The notes beneath the pieces were generated by a model. It made no database searches, was not told the origin of the DNA, and worked only from the letters and a program-made list of their open reading frames with translations. A DNA stretch of 64,000 nucleotides from an uncultured Bacteroidales bacterium (GTDB taxonomy: Bacteria > Bacteroidota > Bacteroidia > Bacteroidales > VadinHA17): contig CAWFKG010000017.1 of the NCBI GenBank assembly GCA_963816365.1, positions 28,415 through 92,414 on the forward strand, in the 5' to 3' direction. Shown piece after piece: positions 42,191-52,600 of the stretch (position 1 is the first letter of the stretch; each line of letters begins with the position of its first letter). The position numbers and the translations under genes were made by a program.

Positions 42191-42890
42191 TCTTTTCTTT
42201 GCCCCCCTGCCCGAGAAGTTAAATCTCTGTTTATCCTTTTGCCCCCCTGCCCCCCTAAAGGGGGGTTCGTACTCGTTATTTAAGTGAGTTTTGTATATTT
42301 GAAATATTGCTGCATTATTAATGAAAACAGTAATATCTAAAATTACTATGTATTATGGAGCGGATTCCGCGACATTAAGACACCCATATACTTAGAAGGA
42401 GTATGACTAAAGATGAAGGGGTACTATGGAAAAAGTTAAAGGACAGAAATGTATTTAGCAGTAAAATTTAGAAGACAACATCCTGTTTATAATTTCATTG
42501 TTGATTTTTATTGTCATGAATATAAGCTTGTCATAGAAGTTGATGGAGATATTCATAATGATGAAATTGCATACCAGTATGATTTGGGCAGAACTAAAGT
42601 GCTTAACAATTTTGGATTGAAAGTAATCCGATTTACAAATGATCAGATACTTTATAGTTTAGATTCTGTAATAGAGGAAATCCAAAGAGAAGTTGCGAAT
42701 CGAACTCCCCTTAGGGGGGCAGGGGGGCAAAAAAGAGATGAGCATAATAAAATTGGGCAGGGGGGCAAAAAAGAGATGAGTATAATAGAGTTGGGCAGGG
42801 GCAGAGATGAGCATAATAAAATTGGGCAGGAGGGCAAAAAGAGATGGCATTAGGATAATAATGCTGGGCAGGGACAAAAATAACAGAATG
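42191..42890. mobile_element. hairpin-bounded cassette with DUF559 cargo; arms are inverted arrays of a ~38-bp unit
   Basis: The left side has 2 units ending TTTTGCCCCCCTGCCCCCCTAAAGGGGGG (42191-42266). The right side has 5 units, GGGCAGGGGGGCAAAAAAGAGATGAGCATAATAAAATT and variants, starting at 42717, 42755, 42793, 42824 and 42866. Confidence 0.7.
42348..42853 (+). CDS. DUF559 (Vsr-like endonuclease fold) protein, 2 N-terminal frameshifts, C-terminus reads into the repeat arm
   Basis: ORF 42449..42853 (FRRQHPVYNFIVDFYCHEYKLVIEVDGDIH..LKVIRFTNDQI) parallels the intact copy at 56944..57327. Upstream frames give MYYGADSATLR.. and ..MTKDEGVLWKKLKDR. Confidence 0.65.
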
Positions 42891-43057
42891 ACAATTTAAA
42901 GCAAAATGTCTGATGGGTGCAGTCGGGGAAAAAACAAGGAGCATCTTCCGAATACATAATTGTCCGGATAGGAAGATGATAATTACTTTTTAACTGAACA
43001 ATCTTCCTAAATTTTTATTTACTTCGCTATCTCTAACCTGTTGTTTGCAGTTGACTG

Positions 43058-44605
43058 ATGGAAAAGCGTAAATTCAGGACAATAACACTCCTTGCAGATA
43101 TTGTCATTCTTACAGTATCCTTTCTTGCTATGGTATGGACCAAGCCTGCAAGCCTCAGGTTTTACCTGCCATCGCATACACCATTCTTCCTTGGTCTGGC
43201 AGTAATGTGGATCATAGTTTCCTTAATTAACGGGAAAATGCACCGTGGCAGGATCATCAACTTTTCATCACTCTTTACCAGGGTTCTTACAAGTAATATT
43301 ATTGCGGTTTCTATTACTGCCCTTGCAATGTACGCTATCAGAGAGATCCAATATTCAAGAACCATTGTCCTGGGAACAGCTTTGCTCGCCACATTTCTTG
43401 AACTGGTATTCGGCTCTGTCTATATGGCTTACAAAAAGGCAGTTGTACAGGATTTTGATGCTTATGATAAATTCAAGCCGGAAAGGAGGCCAAGTGAATA
43501 TGAGCTTGTAAAGAAAACAAACGGGAATGGACATCAAAAGATAGAACATACTGAGGTAAATCCCCGAATTGCCCTGGCGATCGAAAATGAGTGCGGATCG
43601 GAAATGGCTCTGGCAATCCTGAATATGACTTGTAGCAATTTTACCGATCACACTGCAGTGTTATCGACCACCACTATTTTTAATATTACTAGTCTGGTGA
43701 AAGAAAAGTATGATTATATAATCAATCTTCATAAGATCAATGACATAAAAAAACTCGACAGCTTTCTCGATGCCGTAAACACTAAGCTTGCAGAGAAAGG
43801 TTTTTTCTTCTGCTGTGTCGAGACCAAGGACCAGAGGAAACGCAGACTATTAAATAAGTATCCGTTCCTATTGAATTATATTTATTATTTTTTTGATTTT
43901 ATAATAAAACGGATCCTTCCGAAACTCAGTTTCACAAGGGGATTCTACCTCTTCCTTACACATGGCGATAATGCGGTCATCTCTCGTGCCGAAGCGCTGG
44001 GCCGACTCTCAAGGGCAGGATTCAGGATCAAGCAGGAGTCATTCATAGGAAACCTGTTGTGCATTGAAGCAAGAAAGATCAAAGATCCTTTTCCGATTAA
44101 TGGTAATGTTTATGGCCCATTGATTGCTTTATCAAGAGTGGGCAAGGACGGTAAGATGATTAAAGTATATAAGCTCAGGACCATGCATCCTTATTCTGAG
44201 TATATCCAGAAATATGTCTATGAGATACACAATCTTAAGAATGGTGGAAAGTTTAAAAATGATTTCCGTATAACCTCCTGGGGTGCCATCTGCAGAAGAA
44301 CCTTTTTAGATGAGCTGCCAATGCTCATGAACTTCTTTCGTGGAGATATGAAGATTGTTGGAGTGCGGCCTTTAAGCAAACATTATTTTGAATTATACAG
44401 TAAAGAGCTTCAGGAGCGGAGAATTAAATATAAACCCGGACTTATTCCGCCATTCTATGCAGATATGCCCTGCGATCTGGAGTCGATACAGGCTTCCGAA
44501 CTCAAATACCTTGATGCCTTCGACAAACACCCTGTCTATACTGATTTCCGTTATTTCTGGAAATCGAGCTGGAATATACTGTTCAGGAAGGCAAGAAGCA
44601 ACTAA
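43058..44605 (+). CDS. polyprenyl-phosphate glycosylphosphotransferase (WbaP-like bacterial sugar transferase)
   Basis: Intact 515-aa ORF. The N-terminus has TM helices. The C-terminal domain reads VGKDGKMIKVYKLRTM..DELPMLMNFFRGDMKIVGVRP. Confidence 0.8.
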   Translation: MEKRKFRTITLLADIVILTVSFLAMVWTKPASLRFYLPSHTPFFLGLAVMWIIVSLINGKMHRGRIINFSSLFTRVLTSNIIAVSITALAMYAIREIQYSRTIVLGTALLATFLELVFGSVYMAYKKAVVQDFDAYDKFKPERRPSEYELVKKTNGNGHQKIEHTEVNPRIALAIENECGSEMALAILNMTCSNFTDHTAVLSTTTIFNITSLVKEKYDYIINLHKINDIKKLDSFLDAVNTKLAEKGFFFCCVETKDQRKRRLLNKYPFLLNYIYYFFDFIIKRILPKLSFTRGFYLFLTHGDNAVISRAEALGRLSRAGFRIKQESFIGNLLCIEARKIKDPFPINGNVYGPLIALSRVGKDGKMIKVYKLRTMHPYSEYIQKYVYEIHNLKNGGKFKNDFRITSWGAICRRTFLDELPMLMNFFRGDMKIVGVRPLSKHYFELYSKELQERRIKYKPGLIPPFYADMPCDLESIQASELKYLDAFDKHPVYTDFRYFWKSSWNILFRKARSN

Positions 44606-44608
44606 CGC

Positions 44609-44920
44609 TTACAGACTTAACGGCGCAAAGGCGCAACGGCGCAAAGGCGTGAAGAAATATCCAATTTCCTCCGCAATGATAAGTTGTGTTAACAACTCTG
44701 CACTTGAACCTTTTGCAATATAAAAATGACGGATAGATTGTTTATCTGTTTCAAGTTCATCACCTTCAGCAATATTTGAAGGTACGCTAACGGCAGATCT
44801 CTGAATCTGATCTTTCAATCCAAAGTCTTTTGAAAATGACAGCGTTTGAGTTAGTTTATAAATTCTCACAGCTAATTCCTTAGCCAGTTGCCACACACGA
44901 AGCTCTTGAAAATTTCCCAT
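44609..44920 (-). pseudogene. 3'-truncated four-helix-bundle gene; the last 16 codons are read from the repeat arm
   Basis: The first 88 aa are about 80% identical (70 of 88 by hand count) to the protein of 31256..31615. Helix 4 is missing and is replaced by FFTPLRRCAFAPLSL, encoded by the (GGCGCAAA)n arm. Confidence 0.75.
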
Positions 44921-45098
44921 AATACAGCGATATTAGATTTATAAATAAAAGTTAGCACGTAGGATAAAGATATAACTTTTCTCTGAGATTAACTGGATGT
45001 TAGTTGTTTCCTAAAATTGCATATCGTAATCCCAATAATTATTAATAAACTTTCTCAGCAAGGCCGTTGCGCCGTTGTGCCGTTGTGCCGTTGTGCCA
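44617..45098. mobile_element. hairpin-bounded cassette c, arms (GGCGCAAN)n / (GCCGTTGN)n 8-mers
   Basis: 44617-44650 TTAACGGCGCAAAGGCGCAACGGCGCAAAGGCGT against 45062-45098 GGCCGTTGCGCCGTTGTGCCGTTGTGCCGTTGTGCCA. Confidence 0.7.
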
Positions 45099-45186
45099 TT
45101 TCTTTATAAAAAGTGATTAGTTAATTCCCTTGATTTTTAATTTAATAAAAATTAAATACCTTTGCGGCATAATTAAAATTTTAGCC

Positions 45187-45564
45187 ATGGCTGAAAAGAC
45201 AAGATATTCTGATGATGAGCTTGAGGAATTCAGACAAATTATCCTCATGAAGCTGGATAAAGCCAGGAAAGATTATGAAATACTAAAGTCCAGCATTACT
45301 CATGAAGAGAGCAATGATACAATGGATACCTCCCCGACTTTCAAGGTATTGGAGGAGGGTGCGACAACTTTGTCTAAAGAGGAAGCAGGACGACTAGCTC
45401 AACGTCAGGAGAAATTTATTCAACATCTTCAGGCTGCCCTGATCAGAATTGAAAATAAGACCTACGGCATATGTCGTGAGACAGGAAAACTAATATCCAA
45501 GGAACGACTCAGAGCTGTACCTCATGCTACATTGAGCATGGATGCAAAGATGAAACAGAAATAA
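45187..45564 (+). CDS. DksA/TraR-family regulator (degenerate zinc finger)
   Basis: The internal Met gives MAEKTRYSDDELEEFRQIIL. The C-terminus reads YGICRETGKLISKERLRAVPHATLSMDAK. Confidence 0.7.
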   Translation: MAEKTRYSDDELEEFRQIILMKLDKARKDYEILKSSITHEESNDTMDTSPTFKVLEEGATTLSKEEAGRLAQRQEKFIQHLQAALIRIENKTYGICRETGKLISKERLRAVPHATLSMDAKMKQK

Positions 45565-45648
45565 TGGCTCAAACCACCTTCGCCACCACCTACGCTAAAG
45601 CTTCGGTGGTCAAAGAAGGCTACGGTGGTCAAAGGGCGTAAAGGCAAT

Positions 45649-45679
45649 AAGCTGCTCAGGAAATGGAGCAGCTTTTTTA
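45649..45679 (+). terminator. intrinsic terminator
   Basis: AAGCTGCTC - AGGAAATG - GAGCAGCTT followed by TTTTTT. Confidence 0.75.
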
Positions 45680-45688
45680 TCTTCAGAT

Positions 45689-46105
45689 ATGAAAACTTAC
45701 TTATCAGCAATATTATTTACTCTGATCCTCTGCGGAATATCGACAGGACAGGCTAATGATTCCCTGAAATTCAAATCTTTGCCTCCCGCTGAATTCCTCG
45801 CTGTATATCAAAAGGCGCAAAAGGCAGTACTGATTGATGTCAGGGAGTTTTTTGAGTACCGGAAATCAAGAATTAAAGATGCGATCAATATCCCTTCTTC
45901 GGGAAACCTGGAAGTATCAGCTGACACTTTAGATAAGGAAAGTAACCTTTTTCTATATTGTACTTCCGGATTCAGAAGCAAGAGGGTTGCGAAATTCTTT
46001 TCAGAAGAGGGCTTTACTAAAGTATATTCTCTGGATGGAGGAATAATGGCATGGAGAAAAGAGGGGATGCCGGTAGTGAAGAAGAAACTCAGGAGAAAGG
46101 CCTGA
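45689..46105 (+). CDS. rhodanese-domain protein with signal peptide
   Basis: Intact 138-aa ORF with LIDVREFFEYRKSRIKDAINIP and the active-site loop CTSGFRS. Confidence 0.8.
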   Translation: MKTYLSAILFTLILCGISTGQANDSLKFKSLPPAEFLAVYQKAQKAVLIDVREFFEYRKSRIKDAINIPSSGNLEVSADTLDKESNLFLYCTSGFRSKRVAKFFSEEGFTKVYSLDGGIMAWRKEGMPVVKKKLRRKA

Positions 46106-46127
46106 ATTGTGAGGGGTGGATTGCTTC

Positions 46128-46730
46128 CTATCTCCCCAGCTGCTGTTTAACTATCTTTGCGATATACTTCCCCAGAATATCGAACTCGAGATTAACAACT
46201 GTTCCTTTCCTGATCTGATGAAAATTAGTGACTTCATGGGTAAAAGGAATAATTGCAACTTCAAATGATGCAGCTTTTGAGTTTACTACTGTAAGACTTA
46301 CTCCATTGACCGATATTGATCCTTTTTCGACAGTTATATAATCGTCCTGAGCAGGCTCATATTCGAAAGTGTAATACCAGCTGCCTCCTGCTTCCTTAAC
46401 CAAAGAGCAGACTGCGGTCTGATCAACATGTCCCTGAACCATATGTCCGTCAAGGCGTCCATCCAATCGGGTACTGCGCTCCAGATTTACCTTATCTCCT
46501 GGCTTTAAGGAGATCCCAGATTAGTTTTTTCAAGCGTCTCTTTTATGGCAGTCACAGTATATGTATCCTCCGTCTTTTCTGACGACTGTCAGACAGACCC
46601 CGTTATGCGAAATGCTCTGATCGATCTTAAGTTCATTGACAAATGAACATTTCATGGTTATGTGAAGGTTGTCCTTTTCTTTTTCAAGTTTTACAACCTG
46701 AGCAGCTTCTTCAATAATTCCGGAAAACAT
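46128..46730 (-). CDS. ribE: riboflavin synthase, frameshifted at ~46470-46560
   Basis: ORF 46530..46730 (MFSGIIEEAAQV..SISHNGVCLTV) and ORF 46128..46466 (RLDGHMVQGHVD..SISVNGVSLTV..NLEFDILGKY). Confidence 0.85.
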
Positions 46731-46855
46731 TTTATTATCAGAATTAAATTAATGGGTGTAAAGTTAGAGAAAATTAGTAAAAGGACACACGACACACGAC
46801 TCACGACACACGACTCAAATACGAAGAATTGTTTTGACTTTTTAAAAATGATCTT

Positions 46856-46863
46856 TAAATTTG
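46856..46863 (+). promoter_or_regulatory. candidate -7 box TAAATTTG inside cassette d
   Basis: It matches TAnnTTTG and lies 38 nt upstream of the ATG at 46902, internal to the left arm. Confidence 0.4.
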
Positions 46864-46901
46864 ATTTGGAATAAAAAGTAATCACTTAATCTCGCTGTGC
46901 T

Positions 46902-47261
46902 ATGAGCAATTATGAAAATTTGAAGGTTTGGCATAGAGCCGTTGAACTTGCAGTTTCAATCTATAAGTTAACAGGAACGAACAAATCATTTGTTAAAGAT
47001 TTTGGATTAAAAGATCAAATACAGAGATCATCTGTGAGTATTTCCAGTAATATTTCCGAAGGTGATGAACTCGGAACTGATAAGCAAGCTATCAGGCAAT
47101 TCTTTATCGCAAAAGGATCGGCAGCAGAACTTTATACTCAGCTTACTATTTCCTCTAAAATAGGATACCTGAATGAGGAAGAAGCCAAGTATTATTTGAA
47201 TGAATGCAAAGGCATTTCATCCATGCTGACTAATCTCATTAAATCGAGATCATCAGAATAA
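46902..47261 (+). CDS. four-helix-bundle protein (PF05635-like)
   Basis: Intact 119-aa ORF with KDQIQRSSVSISSNISEG and FIAKGSAAEL. Confidence 0.85.
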   Translation: MSNYENLKVWHRAVELAVSIYKLTGTNKSFVKDFGLKDQIQRSSVSISSNISEGDELGTDKQAIRQFFIAKGSAAELYTQLTISSKIGYLNEEEAKYYLNECKGISSMLTNLIKSRSSE

Positions 47262-47312
47262 ATTATAATAGATTCTATTTAGTTCTTTAAATTCTCTATT
47301 CTGCACGGTGAT

Positions 47313-47760
47313 TTATTCACCGTGTGTCGTGAGCCGTGCGTCGTGTGTCCAAATCATCTTCTTCCCAAACCCCAATCTGTTATCCGTCATCTTAATATGA
47401 GTAAGTTTTACGACCCAGAGATGAGTATCCATGAGCGCTGCCGGAGGAAATTTTTTGAGATACGCCCATTTTGCTTTTGATAACAATTCTGCCTTCAGGT
47501 TCTGAGATTATTCCCTGAAATTGTATTCCGCGGATCTTTCCTATTACCATAGTCTCAAGAACAACCGATCCTGCAACCAACGGATTTTTGACGAATTCTT
47601 TCCCGTGACGGGTATCAGCATCAGTAGTGAAGACCAGCATATTTTCTTCTTCAAGATAAACATAAAAACAATTAGCACACCAGGGTTCATTTTCAACTGT
47701 CGTGGCAATTGTAAGAACATGATGCTTCCTGAAGAACTTTATGATCGTGATGTCAACCAT
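47313..47760 (-). CDS. YhbP-like (UPF0306, pyridoxamine 5'-phosphate oxidase fold) protein, one frameshift; the last 13 codons come from the cassette arm
   Basis: ORF 47392..47760 (HHVLTIATTVENEPWCANCFYVY..IRGIQFQG) plus a second frame reading KAKWAYLKKFPPAALMDTHLWVVKLTHIKMTDNRLGFGKKMIW, then THDARLTTHGE*. Confidence 0.7.
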
Positions 47761-47786
47761 TATTCATCCATCTGAAACCATTACTG

Positions 47787-48341
47787 TCAAATCCTGGCAA
47801 GATCGATGATCCGGTCAACCACCGTCATCACAAGATCATCAATGGTCTTTGGGTTACTGTAAAATGAAGGTGTTGCCGGACAGATAATTGCTCCTGCCAG
47901 GGTAAGTGTCTTCATATTATTAATATGTATAAGGTTGTAGGGAGTCTCACGGGGAACAATTATCAGTCTTCTTCTTTCCTTAAGCATTACATCGGCAGTA
48001 CGGGCTATCAGATCATCGGAGGTTCCATTGGCGATCCGTCCCACAGTACCCATCGATGCAGGACATATTATCATTGTATCATACCTGGAGGATCCGGATG
48101 CGAACGGAGCATAAAACGATGTTATTGTTGTATTCCTTCGCTGCTCCTTCGGCGTGAAATTCTGACCCTATTTCTGATTTCCAGATCTCTCTGCCGGTAT
48201 CTGAAAAAATTACTGCAATCTCCTTCAGCGGCGCCTGTATCTCGTGAAGCTTCTCCAGGAGCTTATATGCATAAATGGAACCGCTGGCTCCGGTTATGGC
48301 GAGGATTATCTTTCGGCGTTTTGATTTGATAAATTGGCCAT
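47787..48341 (-). CDS. ubiX: flavin prenyltransferase UbiX, frameshifted
   Basis: RRKIILAITGASGSIYAYKLLEKL (ORF 48079..48363) and MIICPASMGTVGRIANG..RRLIIVPRETP (ORF 47787..48074). The likely ATG at 48341 needs one extra A in a CAAAAC run. Confidence 0.8.
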
Positions 48342-48501
48342 TGTAAATTGAAAAGTGGTACAAAGATAATTATATTTGCACTATGCACTCGCCCTAGCGA
48401 TTCACTTCGGGACAGTCTAACTCTTTGCTAACGGCCGCCGGCTGTTCGTAAGCTCGGTGCTCCTAAAGGGAGCTAAATTGTGAGCCACGAGAATTGCAAC
48501 A

Positions 48502-49246
48502 TCACGCCGCTGAGCCAGAGGGGACCACAGAGGCGAAGAACAGTTGACAAGACCATTTTTGCATCAGCAGTCTCTCCGTCAGAACTCCAACCCCTGTCGA
48601 AGCCATCTCCCTTATCACCTCCACCTTCCTGTTAACCGGAATCACAACTTCTTTCGGATCAATGAGCCAGAGAGATGCTCTGGCCGGCGCATAGCTGATC
48701 AGTCCTGCTGCCGGATAGACATTCAAAGACGATCCTACCACAACAAAAATATCTGCATTCCGCCGTAAGATTCACCGCCTCATCCATCATCGGAACCTGC
48801 TTCACCAAACCAGACAATATGAGGACGAAGCTGGCTTCCTTTTTCACATTTGTCACCCGGATTAATATCCTTATAACCAATGTCATATATCAGCGATTCA
48901 TCCATACTGCTTCGTGCTTTTGTGAGTTCCCCGTGAAGATGGACGATTTTTGTGCTGCCGGCTCTTTCATGCAGATCATCAATATTTTGCGTAATGATCT
49001 GTACATCAAAATATTTTTCAAGCTTTGCCAACCCGAAATGACCTTCATTTGGCTTGCTGGAGGCCAGCTGTCGTCTTCTTTCATTATAGAATCTCAGAAC
49101 AAGGTCCCTGTTCTTCATCCAGGCCATCAGGTGTTGCAACTTCAGTTACATCGTACTCTTCCCAGAGTCCGCCGGAATCCCTGAAGGTCTTTATGCCGCT
49201 TTCGGAGCTCATGCCGGCACCGGTTAAGACTGACTAGTTTCTTCAT
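48502..49246 (-). CDS. cobB: NAD-dependent protein deacylase (Sir2/CobB family), several frameshifts
   Basis: ATG at 49246. The frames give [47 protein letters not shown] and [12 protein letters not shown]. Confidence 0.8.
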
Positions 49247-49315
49247 ATTGATTCAAGTTAAATCAAGACAAAGTTAGACAATTACCAGGTTCTAAGATTC
49301 TGTAACCACTTTGTT

Positions 49316-49571
49316 GACTCAGAGACTCTAGGGACTAAGGGACTGAGGGACTGCACACCTAAATAGTCTAGGATTGAGTGACATATCGACAGTCTTCCAT
49401 TATTTTCTCATACAGATCCATCAGGGAAAGCTCTTCGTCATTATTGCAACTTAAGAGAATCAGAGGTTTTGTAGGGAAGATATACTAAAGAGTAGTCTAA
49501 CCAGTATGCTTCATTACAGACTCTTCGTCTCTAGTCCCTATAGTCCCTAAGTCTCTTAGTCTCTTAGTCTG
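49316..49571. mobile_element. decayed cassette: arms of the GACTAAG / CTTAGTCT family around a ~40-codon remnant of a four-helix-bundle gene
   Basis: Arms at 49316-49352 and 49518-49571. The minus-strand remnant 49368-49457 reads ..LLSCNNDEELSLMDLYEKIMEDCRYVTQS*, which resembles the C-terminus LSCDYMTEQEHFDLNETYDKILGKL of 54156..54527. Confidence 0.6.
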
Positions 49572-49642
49572 TTAATTATTCGGGATTTTACTATCTTTGT
49601 CCGAATTTTTTATAATAACAAGTTTTATTAATCGCAGATCCA

Positions 49643-52600
49643 ATGGGGAAACGGTTTCCTGAATATAAAGGTCTTGATCTTTCGAAGGTAAATAAGGAGA
49701 TTCTCAGAATATGGGATGAGAATGATACTTTCAACAGAAGTGTACGTGAACTGAACGGAAAAGGTGAGTTTGTATTCTATGAAGGACCGCCTTCAGCAAA
49801 CGGAATACCTGGAATTCATCACGTGATGGCACGTACGATCAAGGATGCAATCTGCCGTTTCAAAACCCAGTGCGGTTATGAAGTGAAACGCAAGGCAGGA
49901 TGGGATACCCATGGACTGCCGGTTGAGCTTGGCGTCGAAACAGCTCTTGGCATCACAAAGGAAGATATCGGAAATAAAGCTTCTCCTAAATATATTTCTG
50001 TTGAAGATTACAACAAGGAATGCCGTAAGGCTGTAATGAAATACACCGATCTCTGGGAAGACCTTACCAGGAAAATGGGATACTGGGTTAATATGGATCA
50101 TCCGTATGTGACTTACGATAACCGTTATATCGAAACACTCTGGTGGCTGCTCCAGCAACTCTATAAAAATGGTCATCTCTACAAGGGTTATACAATACAA
50201 CCATATTCCCCGGCAGCAGGCACCGGACTTAAGCTCCCATGAACTTAACCTGCCCGGCTGCTACCGCGATGTAAAGGATACCACCTGCATAGCACTGTTT
50301 AAGCTTACCAGAGATAAAAAATCGGAATTCCTTTATAATAAGATAGATACTGCCGATGTACATATGATGGCCTGGACAACAACTCCATGGACACTTCCAT
50401 CAAATACTGCACTGGCAGTAGGAAAAGAGATAATTTATATAAAAGTCCGGAGCTTCAATCCTTATTCCGGTGAACCAATCACAGTAATAATAGCTAAAGA
50501 TCTTCTCAATTCATTGTTTCCTGCATCGAATGCAGGTCTTGACTTCACCGAATATAAACCCGGTGATAAAAAGATCCCGTTCAGAGTTTCAGGGGAATTC
50601 ACCGGAGCGGAGCTTGAAGGCATAAATTATGAACAGCTTATCGACTGGATGAATCCGGGGGAAGGTGCATTCAGGGTACTGACCGGTGATTTTGTCACAA
50701 CTGAAGACGGTACCGGGATTGTTCATATTGCTCCTACCTTTGGTGCAGACGACTACAAGGTAGCAAACGAAAATGGGGTACCTCCTCTTCTTGTTAAAAG
50801 AAAGGACGGCTCCTTTGGACCTATGGTTGATAAAAGAGGCTACATGGTCCCGATTGCAGATCTTGATGAGACTTTTGTTAAGAATAATGTCAACAAAAAA
50901 ACTTATGCTGCGTTCGAAGCTCATCCGGTAAAAAATGAATATGATGATAATATTCCTGCCGATGCAGATACGATCGATGTTGAAATAGCAGTGATGCTTA
51001 AGCAACAGGGTAAGGTTTTCAGGATCGAGAAGCAGATACACAGCTACCCTCATTGCTGGAGAACAGATAAACCTGTTCTCTACTATCCTCTCGATGCATG
51101 GTTCATACGTACAACAGCATTCCGCGACCGTATGATTGAACTTAATAATACCATAAACTGGAAACCACAATCCACAGGTTCCGGAAGGTTTGGTAAGTGG
51201 CTTGAAAATCTTGTTGACTGGAACCTTTCACGTTCACGTTACTGGGGAACTCCTCTTCCGATATGGATCACTGAAGACAAAAAAGAGGAAAAATGCATTG
51301 GCTCCGCTTCTGAACTAAAAGCTGAGATTGAAAAATCGATCAAAGCAGGATTCATGAAGCAAGAATCCTCTTGCAGAATTTACAGCAGGAGATAATTCAC
51401 CTGAAAATTACGAACATTTCGATCTGCACCGTCCGTTCGTTGATGAAATTATCCTTGTCAGTGATACGGGAAAGAAAATGTTCCGCGAAGCAGATCTGAT
51501 TGATGGCTGGTTCGATTCAGGAGCGATGCCCTATGCCCAGGTTCATTATCCTTTTGAGAATAAGGACAATTTCAGTGAAATGTTCCCGGCTGATTATGTT
51601 GCAGAAGGTGTCGACCAGACAAGAGGCTGGTTTTTCACTCTTCATGCCATAGCAACCATGATCTCAGACTCAGTTGCTTTCAGAAACATTATTTCAAACG
51701 GACTCGTTCTTGATAAGAACGGAAATAAAATGTCGAAAAGACTTGGTAACGCCGTCGATGCATATTCTGCAATTGAGGAAAATGGTCAGTGATCCTTTGC
51801 GCTGGTACATGATTACCAACTCCCAGCCCTGGGATAATCTTAAGTTCGACATTACAGGAGTGGATGAAGTAAAACGTAAATTTTTCGGTACTTTATACAA
51901 TACCTATTCCTTCTTTTCTCTCTACGCAAATGTTGATAATTTCAGATATGCAGAAAAGGAGATCCCGGTCAATGAGAGACCCGAAATAGACCGCTGGATA
52001 ATCTCGCTTCTTAACTCACTTGTTAAAGAGGTTAGCGGTTGTTATAATGATTATGATCTGACCCGGGCCGGACGTGCAATACAGGATTTTGTAACCGAGA
52101 ACCTGAGCAACTGGTATGTACGCCTCAACAGGAAACGGTACTGGGGCGGCGATTATGACAAGGATAAACTTGCTGCTTACCAGACCCTTTATGTATGTCT
52201 TGAGACAGTCAGCCAGCTTGCAGCTCCAATCGCTCCGTTTTATATGGATCGTCTTTTCTGCTGATCTTAATGATGTGACCGGCAGACATAAGGATAATTC
52301 TGTTCACCTGGTTCTTGTTTCCCGAATATGATGAATCACTTATCGATAAGGCTCTTGAGGAAAGAATGGAGATTGCCCAGAAAATATCTTCAATGATACT
52401 TGGATTGAGGAGGAAAGTAAGCATTAAAGTCCGCCAGCCGCTGGCCAGGATAATGGTCCCGGTTCCTGATAACAACTTCAGGGAGAAATTTGAAGCAGTA
52501 AAAGATCTGATACTTGCTGAAGTCAATGTCAAAGAAGTCGAATATATCGATGACACTTCCTCAATTCTTGTCAAGAAAATAAAACCTAATTTCAAAACGC

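Larger units (their letters stand above)
46783..47350. mobile_element. hairpin-bounded cassette d, the best preserved; arms (GACACAC)n / (GTGTGTC)n
   Basis: 46783-46816 GGACACACGACACACGACTCACGACACACGACTC against 47319-47350 ACCGTGTGTCGTGAGCCGTGCGTCGTGTGTCC. About 29 of 32 positions are complementary by eye. Confidence 0.8.

Noticed and set aside
42717-42890. Five regularly spaced ~38-bp repeats that look like a CRISPR array at first glance
   Set aside because: The units are contiguous tandem copies with no unique spacers, and they decay progressively. They mirror two inverted units at 42191-42252, and there are no cas genes. They are cassette arms, not a CRISPR array.
45571-45630. ACCACC-containing inverted segments after the DksA-like gene as another cassette arm pair
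   Set aside because: Only two 6-bp blocks pair. A canonical terminator at 45649-45679 already explains the 3' end.
48385-48500. A GC-rich ~115-nt spacer between cobB and ubiX, with TAnnTTTG boxes on both strands at 48361-48378, as a possible small RNA such as SRP RNA
   Set aside because: The SRP domain IV motifs (GGAA tetraloop, AGCAGCC) are absent, and I could not derive a convincing fold by eye. Part of it may be the cobB 3' end. I left it unannotated.
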